From Kiritimatiellia bacterium (GTDB lineage: Bacteria; Verrucomicrobiota; Kiritimatiellia; RFP12; UBA1067): a stretch of 64,000 bases of DNA. Under the pieces are notes generated by a model, which searched no databases, was not told the DNA's origin, and worked only from the letters and a program-made list of their open reading frames with translations. The position numbers and the translations under genes were made by a program. This document shows positions 9,187 to 19,646 of the stretch, piece after piece. Each line of letters starts with the position of its first letter. Position 1 is the first letter of the stretch. The DNA is taken from assembly GCA_045656225.1 (NCBI GenBank), contig JAZOQU010000019.1:13320-77319 (forward strand). The letters are read 5' to 3'.

Positions 9187-10398
9187 TGTCAGCCTCCTTC
9201 CCAGATGAGAACAACAGGTTTCGCGTCTCAGCAATTCTTTCCTCGTCGCTGATTTCATACAAGTCGGGGAGGATGTTCTTAACGAAACCGACAAAAGTTG
9301 ATTGCGAATAGTTGGACTGATCTAATATTAAGATCCGCTTGGCACCGAGCCTCTGTAATCTTGCGATTTCAGAATCTGGATCGGGTTCTGGTGAATAGTT
9401 TACAATAAACAATGTAAATGAAGGATTTGAGAGAGCTTGATAAATTATATCGTTAATATGTTCGTCATAAAACGAATATCCAAGACAAATTAGGACAGAC
9501 TGCGGCTTGTTAATCGCATCGGCAAATCTCCGAAACAATTCCGAATACGGCAAGTCAAGCGTAAATGTTTTCTTGCTCACACATGGGTAGATCATTAACT
9601 GCGTACCCGCCTTAAACTCGAAATTTTCATTAAGAGGTATTTCGCTTATGCCATATGTATTCGTTGGCGATGGCGCTTCGGCAATCCACGACAATGAACC
9701 ATGAAGTTTGTAATAGCGCAGAACTTTTTCCGCCCGGTGAACCTTTCCGCTTACGCTTTGGCCTGGATAATAGAGATCATAATCATACACTTCAGGTCGG
9801 AAACAACGGTTATGAATCCCATGGAAACCATTAATGTAAAACACCCCTAAATTATCAAGGGCATAATCAAAAGCCATATCATAGTTCGTAGTAAAGAGAT
9901 CTACACGACTAAGATTATTGGGACGCTGCAACAACTTCTTTATCAGCATCTCGTGATAAAAGTAGCGATTATCCTTCAGATTAACATCATCTTTGTATGA
10001 TTTGTAAATTTCACACTTCTCTCTGTATTACAGTGTTCAAAAAGCCATCTTTGCATATTTTGCATTAGGGCCACATATCTCGAAGCATTCTTGCCCTTCT
10101 TTTGTAAAAGAAAGTAATTGGCCTGCAAGCAATTGAACAAATCTTCATAAGAAGGCTTAGCACCTTTGCCAAAGCATAGATCGATTGCCCAGCCACATCT
10201 TTTAGACAAATCATCAGGAACAGTTCGTATCAGCGGCGCACCAAGATGAAAACTCGTACCTGCCCCAGCTAAGACTGAGACATTATCTATCTCAAGATAG
10301 CGCTTAATCTTTAGCCTCAAAGTCTCAGTCTCCGTATCGCATACGCTATTTTTAACGATCTCTTCATTGCCACTCATTTGAATACCCTTTCTCATCAA
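9176..10398 (-). pseudogene. SIR2-like NADase, split into two ORFs by a frameshift
   Basis: N-part VSVLAGAGTS (9976-10398); C-part FTTNYD, KLHGSLSW and LGYSFYDEHIN (9176-9949); removing one GA from ACAGAGAGAAG near 10017-10024 restores one frame. Confidence 0.85.
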
Positions 10399-10649
10399 GG
10401 ATTAGAGTTTGTTTAACGCCTACGCACAAAAAGATGCCGTTCTTCGTCATTATAGAATCAGGGCAGAAATCGAACATTCAACAATAACGACGAAGTATAC
10501 CACGACTCAGATTTCTTATCCTTCCTCCTCTGGAGATTCTTAGAATATCCCTAATACAGCAACGAAGTCAAGCACATAAAGCACTTCTTAAAAGTTGATG
10601 AACAAAACATACTAAATCACTACGCACATGCCTAATCGAATTTCTGTCA

Positions 10650-13600
10650 TCAAAATGGATAGTCGGAAGAATCATCAAAATCTGTCTCATCGTAATCCTT
10701 GTATGCATCTAACCGAGTACCCATATCCACATAACCAGTCGGTAATGGCTTGAACTCTCTTGACGGCAAACCCTTAAGCATTCTAGTCTGCTCGCGTCGC
10801 AACTCACCAATGCGAAGGCTACCAATCATCACTTGATCCTCCTCTCCACCGCTGATTCGAACAATATCTCGTGCCCAAGATTCCTTTGCCGGGACACGAA
10901 TACGTGTGTCCCCATATATTCGATCATTCACACATATTACGTAAGAATGCAGATCACTTGCCGTTGCTTCCACCAACGATGAATAGGTATGTATATCCTT
11001 ATTCCAGCAGGGGACTATTATCAAATCAACTCGACCTCGCATCTTACTACGCAGTGCCATATCCGTAAAGTCACGACAAATCATCAACCCGAAAGAAAGC
11101 GAAAGGTCCTCATTATCATGATGCACTATCTTAACTATTCCTTTCTCTAGCATTGGGTCTGGCCGAAACTCGCGTCCTATTTTCCGAAGTAAATCTCTTT
11201 CCGCCTCAGCAGGAAACATTTTGTCAAAAGCCACAACCACTCCCTGAGGCCTAACATGTTTCGAACTATTTGATACAACTAGCGAACATAAAACCCTATT
11301 AATGGCATGTGTTGTATCACAAAACACATGATCAATGCCTGCAACAAAGGAAATCTTGTGGCTTATGAGTTTCTTAGACACCTCCCAAAACCATTTGCGC
11401 CTAATACTCAATTCCGGCATTATGAGATATTTAGGCGGTTTTTCTAATGCTAAGACCCCTTCTACCACACGTCGAAGTCGATCATAGCAGTGAAGTGGCG
11501 ATTCATTCCCTTGATTTCCATGCCAATGTGCAATCGCAACATTTATATCACGACCCTCTTGTCGTCTATTAGCGCAACCTCCAAGACTTCCATATTTATC
11601 GTTGACATAGACATTTATGACATCGCCATCTTTTTTGCTTGTAATCGAGCCTTGAAACGGCACCCCATATATTTGCGAGTAAACACTACCAAGATCAGTG
11701 AATATCTCTGCTCCAACTTTATCTTCATCAAAGAGAGAGGAAAAGCGCCCATAGTCAACCTCGTGACACGGAAACAAGATTGACCACGGCAAGGTCTTGC
11801 CTCTATAAGCATACTGTTTATGCAACAATCTGCAAATTCTCTTAGTATCAAAGCCATAGACCTCACTGCCATTTATACCAGACCCTTTTACATGGTCATC
11901 GTGAAACATGTCAAGATCAACAATAGATGTTCTACACAAATCATGCTGTGCGAAATCCTTCCAAGACGGCAATGGCCTAAATGCGCCGCCTGAAAATCTA
12001 AGAATGTCGTCTCCAAAAGAAAACGCAAGTATGTGCCCAATGACCATTTCAACGCCTTCGAAAGTTGACCTCCGTGCTATAAGCAAGCTCTCAAGAAATG
12101 ATTGTTCAACATAGCATAGAAGGCGTTTTTGGACATTCGCTCTCAAGCGATGAGGGCACAACTTTCCATCAACATATACATTCGCCCCTTGTTCAAATAC
12201 AACATTTTCCCTTATTGCTTTAAGAATATCGACAACATGTTTCCATTCCGGATTAGCTATGATATGTCCCTTTTCAACATCATTTTCCGACTCATCTATC
12301 AAGGCAATTTTTGGCATGCCAGCAGCCGTCAATAATCGGGGAAAATAGTCATGAAGTTCATAGTATGCCGCCTTGTCAAGATAAGAGTTTTTTATTTTTT
12401 CCAACGCAACTATCCGCTCGCGCTCCCATTCATCTGGCAATAAAGCATTGCCAAGCGCTTCAAAATCAGACACAATATTCGCAAACTCCGACCGAAGAGG
12501 AGAAATCCCTTGCGTCTTCACATCAGGCACAGCATCATCGCGAGACAAAATCCGCCGGAATGTCATAGAAAGTATTACGTCATTAGAATCTTCCTCTTTT
12601 GAATTTAAAGAGTTATATCTATCGCAATTATCAATTTCTTCCATTGACGCTTCAACCGAAGCCCCCTTATCATAAAGATATAACTTACTCTTGTCAGCAT
12701 TAAACTTTAGTTTTGTCTCTCCAACTTCACCTTTATTTATGATATAACTCAAATCCAAGAAACTCACGGTGGCATAGCGTCCATCCCTACGCATAGATGA
12801 AGCATACTCAGACTCTAACTCTTCAAACCCAGTCACTGGGCGATTACCCCCTACCAAAAGTATATCATCGCAATATCGGCCATACGAACCACCGACTTGC
12901 AACGCAAACTCTTCAAACTCGTAATCTAAATCATACATAGACACATTCGCAATTACATCTGCAATCGCCATTCCTGTAGGCAATCCTTGTTTCAATGGCG
13001 TACTCTCAGCCCACTCGCGCAACAAATCGACTATTAATTTTGTAAATCTCTTTTCTGCATCAGTGAGGGAAACTCCTATTCTGTTTGTGAAAGTCTCATC
13101 TAACAATATGCCGGAATCAATATTACGGTAAAATGACTCTACATCAAGATAAAGAAGCCATTGGGCTCCTTTCTTAACAGCATCGAATGACGAATCAAAC
13201 CATTCTTTATATGAATCTCTATATGAGCGAAACGACCCAAGGGAAAGTTCATCCACAGGGCCAATGACATCTGGCTCCGAAGCAAGTTGTCTTGTAATAC
13301 GTGCTGCATAACTATTGCGAGAAATCTTTGCCTCATACTTCTCGCCAACCTTTAGAATCCACAAAGTGGAGAGAATATGAAACTCAACACTAACATCTGC
13401 CATTATCCGCAGTTCATACCTATCCACCTCTCCTGGTCGTTTACCAGCTCTATAATCAACAATCCTCTTGTCTTCGTTTCTCCGTTTCTCAACCGCTCTT
13501 TTAGGCACCAAATAATATCCAAACTTACATAGCCGACGAATGCGCTCAAAATCATCTTCTTTAAGCGCGCGCAATAAGCGTTCAATGCGAGAGTCGAAAT

Positions 13601-13706
13601 GATTCTCAAAGTCAAGAAACTTCCTACGATCCGGAAGTCTTGACCCAATACAGTCAACCTTTGTCTTGCGATACGCAATTAGGAGTTCTCGCTTTGTTAC
13701 ATCCAT
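10650..13706 (-). CDS. Reverse transcriptase-nitrilase fusion (UG1/UG5-type defence-associated RT)
   Basis: RT motifs YLDVESFYRNID, GLPTG...VIAN and YGRYCDDILL; C-terminal nitrilase triad candidates MPEL, DKMFP and ICRDF. Confidence 0.9.
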   Translation of the reverse strand: MDVTKRELLIAYRKTKVDCIGSRLPDRRKFLDFENHFDSRIERLLRALKEDDFERIRRLCKFGYYLVPKRAVEKRRNEDKRIVDYRAGKRPGEVDRYELRIMADVSVEFHILSTLWILKVGEKYEAKISRNSYAARITRQLASEPDVIGPVDELSLGSFRSYRDSYKEWFDSSFDAVKKGAQWLLYLDVESFYRNIDSGILLDETFTNRIGVSLTDAEKRFTKLIVDLLREWAESTPLKQGLPTGMAIADVIANVSMYDLDYEFEEFALQVGGSYGRYCDDILLVGGNRPVTGFEELESEYASSMRRDGRYATVSFLDLSYIINKGEVGETKLKFNADKSKLYLYDKGASVEASMEEIDNCDRYNSLNSKEEDSNDVILSMTFRRILSRDDAVPDVKTQGISPLRSEFANIVSDFEALGNALLPDEWERERIVALEKIKNSYLDKAAYYELHDYFPRLLTAAGMPKIALIDESENDVEKGHIIANPEWKHVVDILKAIRENVVFEQGANVYVDGKLCPHRLRANVQKRLLCYVEQSFLESLLIARRSTFEGVEMVIGHILAFSFGDDILRFSGGAFRPLPSWKDFAQHDLCRTSIVDLDMFHDDHVKGSGINGSEVYGFDTKRICRLLHKQYAYRGKTLPWSILFPCHEVDYGRFSSLFDEDKVGAEIFTDLGSVYSQIYGVPFQGSITSKKDGDVINVYVNDKYGSLGGCANRRQEGRDINVAIAHWHGNQGNESPLHCYDRLRRVVEGVLALEKPPKYLIMPELSIRRKWFWEVSKKLISHKISFVAGIDHVFCDTTHAINRVLCSLVVSNSSKHVRPQGVVVAFDKMFPAEAERDLLRKIGREFRPDPMLEKGIVKIVHHDNEDLSLSFGLMICRDFTDMALRSKMRGRVDLIIVPCWNKDIHTYSSLVEATASDLHSYVICVNDRIYGDTRIRVPAKESWARDIVRISGGEEDQVMIGSLRIGELRREQTRMLKGLPSREFKPLPTGYVDMGTRLDAYKDYDETDFDDSSDYPF

Positions 13707-13802
13707 TTGAAATCCTCCTGATGCCCTCTCATTGCATCTTCCTGAACTGTGGAAATTACTTCTCTGTTGGCATAGCCACGACGCTTTTCCCCACTCTTCA
13801 CC

Positions 13803-16304
13803 TTACTCTACTACCCCTTCATCGGGACTCGCCCCGAATTTTTCCAGTAGCCTTTGAACTTCAATCGCTTTTAGATTCCCCTTCCTATAGCTATCTTCCA
13901 AGAACGCGTCCAGTTTACTCCCCTCAAGATTATATATTTTTATCTTCTCTTCAACATCCCGTATTGGATTATAAATTTCAGTATGAACAGCGAAAACATC
14001 TTCATATTCCTTCAGAATGGCGCTAGATTGGAGAAGCTGATTATTCTTGTCGAGAAAACAACACAACATAGCACAGTCATCTTTAATCACATCAAGTACT
14101 ACTTCCTTCTGTATGTTTCTCAGTTGAGATCTAATATCTTTAGCAATGACTTCAAATTCATCAATAATTTTTGACTCTGCCTCTCCAGTCGCAATTAATA
14201 ATTCAAAGCCATATTCACGAATTCCAGTCAGATTAATTATCTCTTGGAGATACTTTTTCAAAAAAATTGGATAAGCATTTGTCTTCTTAAGATTGCCCTT
14301 AATTTCCAATCCATTAAATCTCCTAACTACATCGAAGAAAACATCGCGGCAATCTGTGCGGCAATAATTTAGGCACTGTATAACTGCAGCAGTAATTCCA
14401 GTAACATTGCAATGAGAAAAGTATAAATCTATTAGTTTTAACCAATAATCGCTACTGCGTTCGTACAATAAGAAGCTTCTGAATATTGGAAGGAATTGCG
14501 GTACTCCTAACAGAAAAATTGTCGCGTTATCAACTCTCTCAAAATCTTGGTAATATGCCTTATTCAAGAATTCTTGAAATTCTGACTCTCTTTGGGATCC
14601 ATTTAAATCGAGAACTTTCTCAAGTTCCAAAACTGCATTCTCGAGGTCTGTCCTATCAGATCTGCCCATAGCATACATACGACGAATCAGTCTATCAAGT
14701 TTTTCGTTATCATCCTTATCTCTAAGAGACGACGCCTTTTCATTTAACTTTTCCGAAAGCACATCTCTACTATTAGATGATTTAGGCAAATCCTGAATCT
14801 TTAAGAGCTTATAGCCTAGTTTATTCATTAGCACTAGATAAAACAAGTTTACCGAATCTGATGGAAATATTTCACTATATATCTTACGCATACTTTCAAT
14901 ATCGTCAATCCCTCTCAGCTTAGCTAGTATCTGCTGAATGTTGTAATTAGTCCCCTTAAACGAAAAAATAGTATTATCGTAAATTCCTTCACTTAGGTTA
15001 ATATTAAATGCACCTGGCATGAAATGCTTTATAAACTGGAACAGCACCACCACCTTTTTATCATATGAAACATCCTCGGTCACAAGTGTATCGACTTCTT
15101 TGATAAATAAATCAATTGATCTTATTGAATACCACTTAAGCGCGAGAGACGCGACCGCACCTATACCATCTACTCCAGCCATTGAAAGCCATGAGCCAAT
15201 ATTCGCATCCTGTGTAATAATATAAAAATCTTTTTCATTAATTGTTTCAAAGTCTCCCCTATTATGTCCATCCTTAAGTATAACTTTAAGGCAACGACTA
15301 AAACTAATGGGAGTTAAATCAATCGTATAAGGAATATACTTTTCAATGTAACTTTCGTGTTCCCCTTCAAATTTCTTAGCCAATGTCAACCTATCATATT
15401 GAAATAAAATGCGGATGCGATTCGTCCATCTAGTTAACATCTCACTAATCGCGAACACTTTATGTGCGATTTTCACATCGGAAACCCTATCTATGTCTTC
15501 AAACGTGATAAACAAATGGCGATCTAACTTATTTATATCCAACATCAATGTCTGAAATGCCTCGGTATATGAGCTGTTGGCAGTAAAAAAGCGACCAACC
15601 CCACGAAACGCATCTCCATACAGGAAGGTTGATAGCTTTGCTGAAGCAGCTGAATATATCTTATTCTGCTCCAAAATCCTTGATATCTCAGAAACAAGAA
15701 ATCTCTCTACACTGTCAAGCTTAAGAGTCATTCCGCTAATTGATATGAAATAATACGCCTTCTCATTTTGCTTCTTGAACATTTCATATAGACACGTTTT
15801 ACCGTTCCCCCAAAAGGAATTTATGCCTATCACCTTGAAGTCCTCAAGATATCTCGTAAGCCGCTCTAAGTCCTGATCCCTTTCAGGAAATAAATTCTCA
15901 AAGCCCCCATCTTCGTTTAAAGATTCACCTTCTTTGACACGATATAAACACCACCCCACAGACAATAGCAATAAACTGATGATCAAGAACATGATTGTGG
16001 CAGCCCAAAGCGGAAAACTTAATCCCTTCTGGACATATAAACAAACTTCACTAAAGACTAATATCCAAGCATAATACAAATATAGACCGGGATTCTTTTG
16101 AAACGAAAAGCACGACCATAATGTTACCGTTGCAAGAACAACGATAACAATATACGTTTCACACTTTACGTCTTCTTTGGCAATAAACAACACGGCCAGC
16201 AATAGCGCTGCTAGCGACACCTTGAAAGCTATACTAGGATTACTGACAAAACGCCGCAATTCTTTGCATACGTTTGTACAAAGCTGTTGGATTGCAACGA
16301 TCAT
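13803..16304 (-). CDS. KAP-family P-loop NTPase with N-terminal transmembrane helices
   Basis: About 4 hydrophobic segments, then GINSFWGNGKT, ITFEDIDRV and YIEKYIPYTIDL. Confidence 0.82.
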   Translation of the reverse strand: MIVAIQQLCTNVCKELRRFVSNPSIAFKVSLAALLLAVLFIAKEDVKCETYIVIVVLATVTLWSCFSFQKNPGLYLYYAWILVFSEVCLYVQKGLSFPLWAATIMFLIISLLLLSVGWCLYRVKEGESLNEDGGFENLFPERDQDLERLTRYLEDFKVIGINSFWGNGKTCLYEMFKKQNEKAYYFISISGMTLKLDSVERFLVSEISRILEQNKIYSAASAKLSTFLYGDAFRGVGRFFTANSSYTEAFQTLMLDINKLDRHLFITFEDIDRVSDVKIAHKVFAISEMLTRWTNRIRILFQYDRLTLAKKFEGEHESYIEKYIPYTIDLTPISFSRCLKVILKDGHNRGDFETINEKDFYIITQDANIGSWLSMAGVDGIGAVASLALKWYSIRSIDLFIKEVDTLVTEDVSYDKKVVVLFQFIKHFMPGAFNINLSEGIYDNTIFSFKGTNYNIQQILAKLRGIDDIESMRKIYSEIFPSDSVNLFYLVLMNKLGYKLLKIQDLPKSSNSRDVLSEKLNEKASSLRDKDDNEKLDRLIRRMYAMGRSDRTDLENAVLELEKVLDLNGSQRESEFQEFLNKAYYQDFERVDNATIFLLGVPQFLPIFRSFLLYERSSDYWLKLIDLYFSHCNVTGITAAVIQCLNYCRTDCRDVFFDVVRRFNGLEIKGNLKKTNAYPIFLKKYLQEIINLTGIREYGFELLIATGEAESKIIDEFEVIAKDIRSQLRNIQKEVVLDVIKDDCAMLCCFLDKNNQLLQSSAILKEYEDVFAVHTEIYNPIRDVEEKIKIYNLEGSKLDAFLEDSYRKGNLKAIEVQRLLEKFGASPDEGVVE

Positions 16305-16368
16305 TCACCGTAATTGTTCTGTTAACACTTCCTATTAACCATCCTATATATCAACGCAGATATGAGAA

Positions 16369-16923
16369 TCACCCCTTCAACTCCCTCTTCTTAATCACCT
16401 TCGCTGGATTCCCACCAACAACAGTCCAATCTTCAACATCCTTCGTAACTATTGCGCCCGCGGCAACTACAGCACCCTCACCAACCTTCACGCCTGGCAT
16501 CACTATTGACCACGCGGCAACCCAAGCATTTGCACCGATTTCTATCGGTGCAAATGTAAGCTCCATTATCTTTGAAGTAATATCATGTCCAGCCGTGCAA
16601 AGCTTTACGCCCTGACTAACCGTAGCTTGTGCGCCAATCTTAATTTCATCAACTGTATAACAATCAACATTTTCGCTTAAGCAAGCATAAGCCCCCATTG
16701 TAAGTCTCCAAGGCTGCCAAATCCGACAACTCGGCAAAACATTACTAGACCATTCAACCTTAGCACCAAACAACTTCAAAAGCGCAATGCGCCACGGCCT
16801 AAACAGATTCCCGCGCGGCGTCGTCCTAAAAAACAACAACCAAACAACATTCCACACAACCCGCCCAATCTTACTCTTAAGCGAATGCCGATTCTTATAA
16901 TTCTTTAAATCAAGTTTTTCCAT
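16369..16923 (-). CDS. WcaF-like hexapeptide O-acetyltransferase
   Basis: LLKLFGAKV, IWQPWRLTMG, VSQGVKLCTAGHD, IGANAWVAA and VVGGNPAKVIK. Confidence 0.9.
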   Translation of the reverse strand: MEKLDLKNYKNRHSLKSKIGRVVWNVVWLLFFRTTPRGNLFRPWRIALLKLFGAKVEWSSNVLPSCRIWQPWRLTMGAYACLSENVDCYTVDEIKIGAQATVSQGVKLCTAGHDITSKIMELTFAPIEIGANAWVAAWSIVMPGVKVGEGAVVAAGAIVTKDVEDWTVVGGNPAKVIKKRELKG

Positions 16924-17759
16924 CTTCTTACTCCTCCCTTATACTTGAAGCACCGATAAATAAAAACGAGAATAGGATGTCGTATAGCAAACATCATTCT
17001 CCTCGCATAATCATCTTCCAATATCGCCTCCATACCATCCTTAACGAGTCGTGATGCTATAAGAGAATGACACATAAACTTCAACTGTTTCCATGTCAAT
17101 GGCAACCGGCAAAATGAACAGGCTATATACAAAAATGATTCTTTCGACAATAAATCCCTCCTAACATCTTTTCGAACATCTACCGCCCAATCAACCAACA
17201 ACTCACGCTCCGATATAACTTTGGGATTAAATTTATGAGTAGCCGAATCCTTTCTATGGATGTATCTATAAATAGCCTCGTTTGACTCCGCAATACTCGA
17301 GGCATGCTTTAAAGCTGCCAAATAAAAAATGCCATCTTCACACTCCTTTAACTCTAAATCTCCGATTTCATCAAAGGCCTTAAGTGCCACTTCTCGCTTG
17401 TAAATCTTATCTCCAATACACATCCATCCATATTCCTGTTTGTATTGAACCAAATCTACTCTGGGAATGTTTGGAATTTGCTTAATCTCGTCGTCTGAAT
17501 CCACAAACCAAACATATTCACCACTAGAAATTTCACACCCAAGCCGCCTAGCAGCCAAGACACCTTTATGCGCTTGACGAACAATCTTCAATTGGACATA
17601 ATTAAATCTACTACCACACATTTTTTCTACATCAACATCAGAGCCATCATCAATCACAACGATTTCAACTCCGTCTGAGTTGGGTATACTATTTAAACAC
17701 CCAAAGAGATACTCCACCCGATTAAAAATTGGGATAACTATCGAGAGTCTGATTTTCAT
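16905..17759 (-). CDS. GT2 glycosyltransferase
   Basis: LSIVIPIFN, VIDDGS and YVWFVDSDD. Confidence 0.9.
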   Translation of the reverse strand: MKIRLSIVIPIFNRVEYLFGCLNSIPNSDGVEIVVIDDGSDVDVEKMCGSRFNYVQLKIVRQAHKGVLAARRLGCEISSGEYVWFVDSDDEIKQIPNIPRVDLVQYKQEYGWMCIGDKIYKREVALKAFDEIGDLELKECEDGIFYLAALKHASSIAESNEAIYRYIHRKDSATHKFNPKVISERELLVDWAVDVRKDVRRDLLSKESFLYIACSFCRLPLTWKQLKFMCHSLIASRLVKDGMEAILEDDYARRMMFAIRHPILVFIYRCFKYKGGVRRWKNLI

Positions 17760-17787
17760 TCTTTACAAACCATAAGTCACAATTGAT

Positions 17788-18729
17788 TTAGCTATCAATG
17801 TCAATAGGATGTCGATTCCCATCCCCAAAAAAATCTAAACACAAACGCTTTACTCTATCACCACATCTTTGACTAATGGTCCTATTAAATGAATTCTGAA
17901 AAGCTGCTACAACCGACGAGTCCATAACAGGAAATTCATCTAATACAGGGTGGAAATTATAGTATTTCTGTTTTGAATATCGAGAGGAGGGCGTAGTACA
18001 ATGTTCACACTCAGTTCCAAAACCATTGTTTTTCGTCAATGTCAACCGTGGCCGAAATGTATATAATCCATTCTTCCGCATATAATATGTACATTGCACA
18101 TCCCAGCAATTCAATTCTCCAGAAAACTCTGCGTCAAGCATTTTGACTATGTCTCCTCCAGCCATATTCAATTCGCGAATAAAAGAAATATCATTTTGTT
18201 TCATACGCCAATCCTTAATTTCAAAATCAACAGCAGCCCAGCGATCTTTCCATATTCCCCATCCCCAAGCACTATGTCTAGGAGCGAAAAAATAATCCTT
18301 TTTATATTGCCTTGGCATTATCATTTTCGGATCAACATACGCATTTATAGCCCATATTTTAGAATTGCCTTCATACATAGACAATGCATCGTCCATAAAT
18401 GTAAGAAAACTCTGCGAAACCAAGATATCATCCTCAACAACAATTACCTTCCCATACAATTCTAACATCTCTGTCACAGATAAAATCATATTCTGGACTC
18501 CGCCCAAATTTACACCCCGTCTCTTTATTTCCACATCATGATCCCATTTCTTTGCCACCTCAATGACTGCGTCAATTTTTGATTTATCCGCTATATGCCT
18601 TGGACCATCAACATAAAGATAAATATCTCTATCGTCTACAGTATCGCATCGCGAAAGATTATATAACGTCTCCTTAAGCATAGTGGGCCGATTAAACGCA
18701 ACAACCATTAGTGGAGTTTTTGATTTCAT
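17788..18729 (-). CDS. GT-A fold sugar transferase
   Basis: VAFNRP, YVDGPR, VIVVEDDI, SAWGWGIWKDRW and WDVQ. Confidence 0.82.
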   Translation of the reverse strand: MKSKTPLMVVAFNRPTMLKETLYNLSRCDTVDDRDIYLYVDGPRHIADKSKIDAVIEVAKKWDHDVEIKRRGVNLGGVQNMILSVTEMLELYGKVIVVEDDILVSQSFLTFMDDALSMYEGNSKIWAINAYVDPKMIMPRQYKKDYFFAPRHSAWGWGIWKDRWAAVDFEIKDWRMKQNDISFIRELNMAGGDIVKMLDAEFSGELNCWDVQCTYYMRKNGLYTFRPRLTLTKNNGFGTECEHCTTPSSRYSKQKYYNFHPVLDEFPVMDSSVVAAFQNSFNRTISQRCGDRVKRLCLDFFGDGNRHPIDIDS

Positions 18730-19646
18730 TCAAAATCCCTTCCTTTACAATACTTCAAATATGGAATTTCCGGTTCAAAAAGAACAAGACCCTCATGCCA
18801 TTTACCTCGTTCAGAAACTGATGGCATTTTCATATAATCACCGTAAATCGCTGTCAGCACCCCCACAAAATCTTTAGGAGCTGGAACATCAAACCATTCA
18901 AACGGGACACGACATGTATTGCGCCATTGTTCATCAGTAATTCCATATTTATATTTATAATCACCATGCGTATTTTGATTCCAGCTCGTAGGATTTATAT
19001 TATACATAGACATTATAGCTTCATACCATTTTACTCGAGTCTCGTATGGGATAAGTGAAGCGATTGGACGAATCAATCGATAAAACTTACGAACATTTTT
19101 TGAAGTATTCTCAGGAGATGCAGTAGCCATAATCAATTTTTCCACAAGCCACCGCAATTTATTTTGTAATAAGTTCGCTAATGGCGATTTTGCACGCCCG
19201 TCCAACACATAGATATCAAGGTATATGCCATTATTATATTCTGAACTCGAAAACCACTCTATAACTCCTGTCGTCTCCGAATTCCGCAACCTCGCATAAC
19301 TGCAAAAATATTTACGGTCTGTAAGTGCCGTCTGAAGAAAATAAGGATACTGTAGTTTACCTTGCGCTACAGATATAAATTTACGAAACTCTTCACGCGT
19401 CATGGCCACATCTAGGTCATCATCCCAAGGAATAAAGCCACTGTGTCGAATAGCGCCGAGAAGAGAACCTCCAAATATCTGATACTTGATTTCATATTGC
19501 TCGCATATTCGGGCAAATTGTAGATACAAATCAATTTCAATCGCCCAAATCTTCTTCAATTTCTCCGAGACAAAGAAACCAGATCTCTCCTCTGCATTCA
19601 AGAAGCCCTCTGGCAATTCACATATTATAGGCAATCTATTTGTCAT
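18726..19646 (-). CDS. licD: LicD-family phosphotransferase
   Basis: GGSLLGAIRHSGFIPWDDDLDV, IYLDIYVLD and IYGDYM. Confidence 0.92.
   Translation of the reverse strand: MTNRLPIICELPEGFLNAEERSGFFVSEKLKKIWAIEIDLYLQFARICEQYEIKYQIFGGSLLGAIRHSGFIPWDDDLDVAMTREEFRKFISVAQGKLQYPYFLQTALTDRKYFCSYARLRNSETTGVIEWFSSSEYNNGIYLDIYVLDGRAKSPLANLLQNKLRWLVEKLIMATASPENTSKNVRKFYRLIRPIASLIPYETRVKWYEAIMSMYNINPTSWNQNTHGDYKYKYGITDEQWRNTCRVPFEWFDVPAPKDFVGVLTAIYGDYMKMPSVSERGKWHEGLVLFEPEIPYLKYCKGRDFE

Noticed and set aside
10650-13706. Retron, group II intron or DGR interpretation of the RT
   Set aside because: It has a nitrilase C-terminus with no VTG retron motif or maturase domain, and no TR/VR repeat pair was noticed.
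6951-16368. Target-site duplication or att sites at the defence island borders
   Set aside because: No convincing direct or inverted repeat found by eye at 6951-7047 versus 16305-16368.
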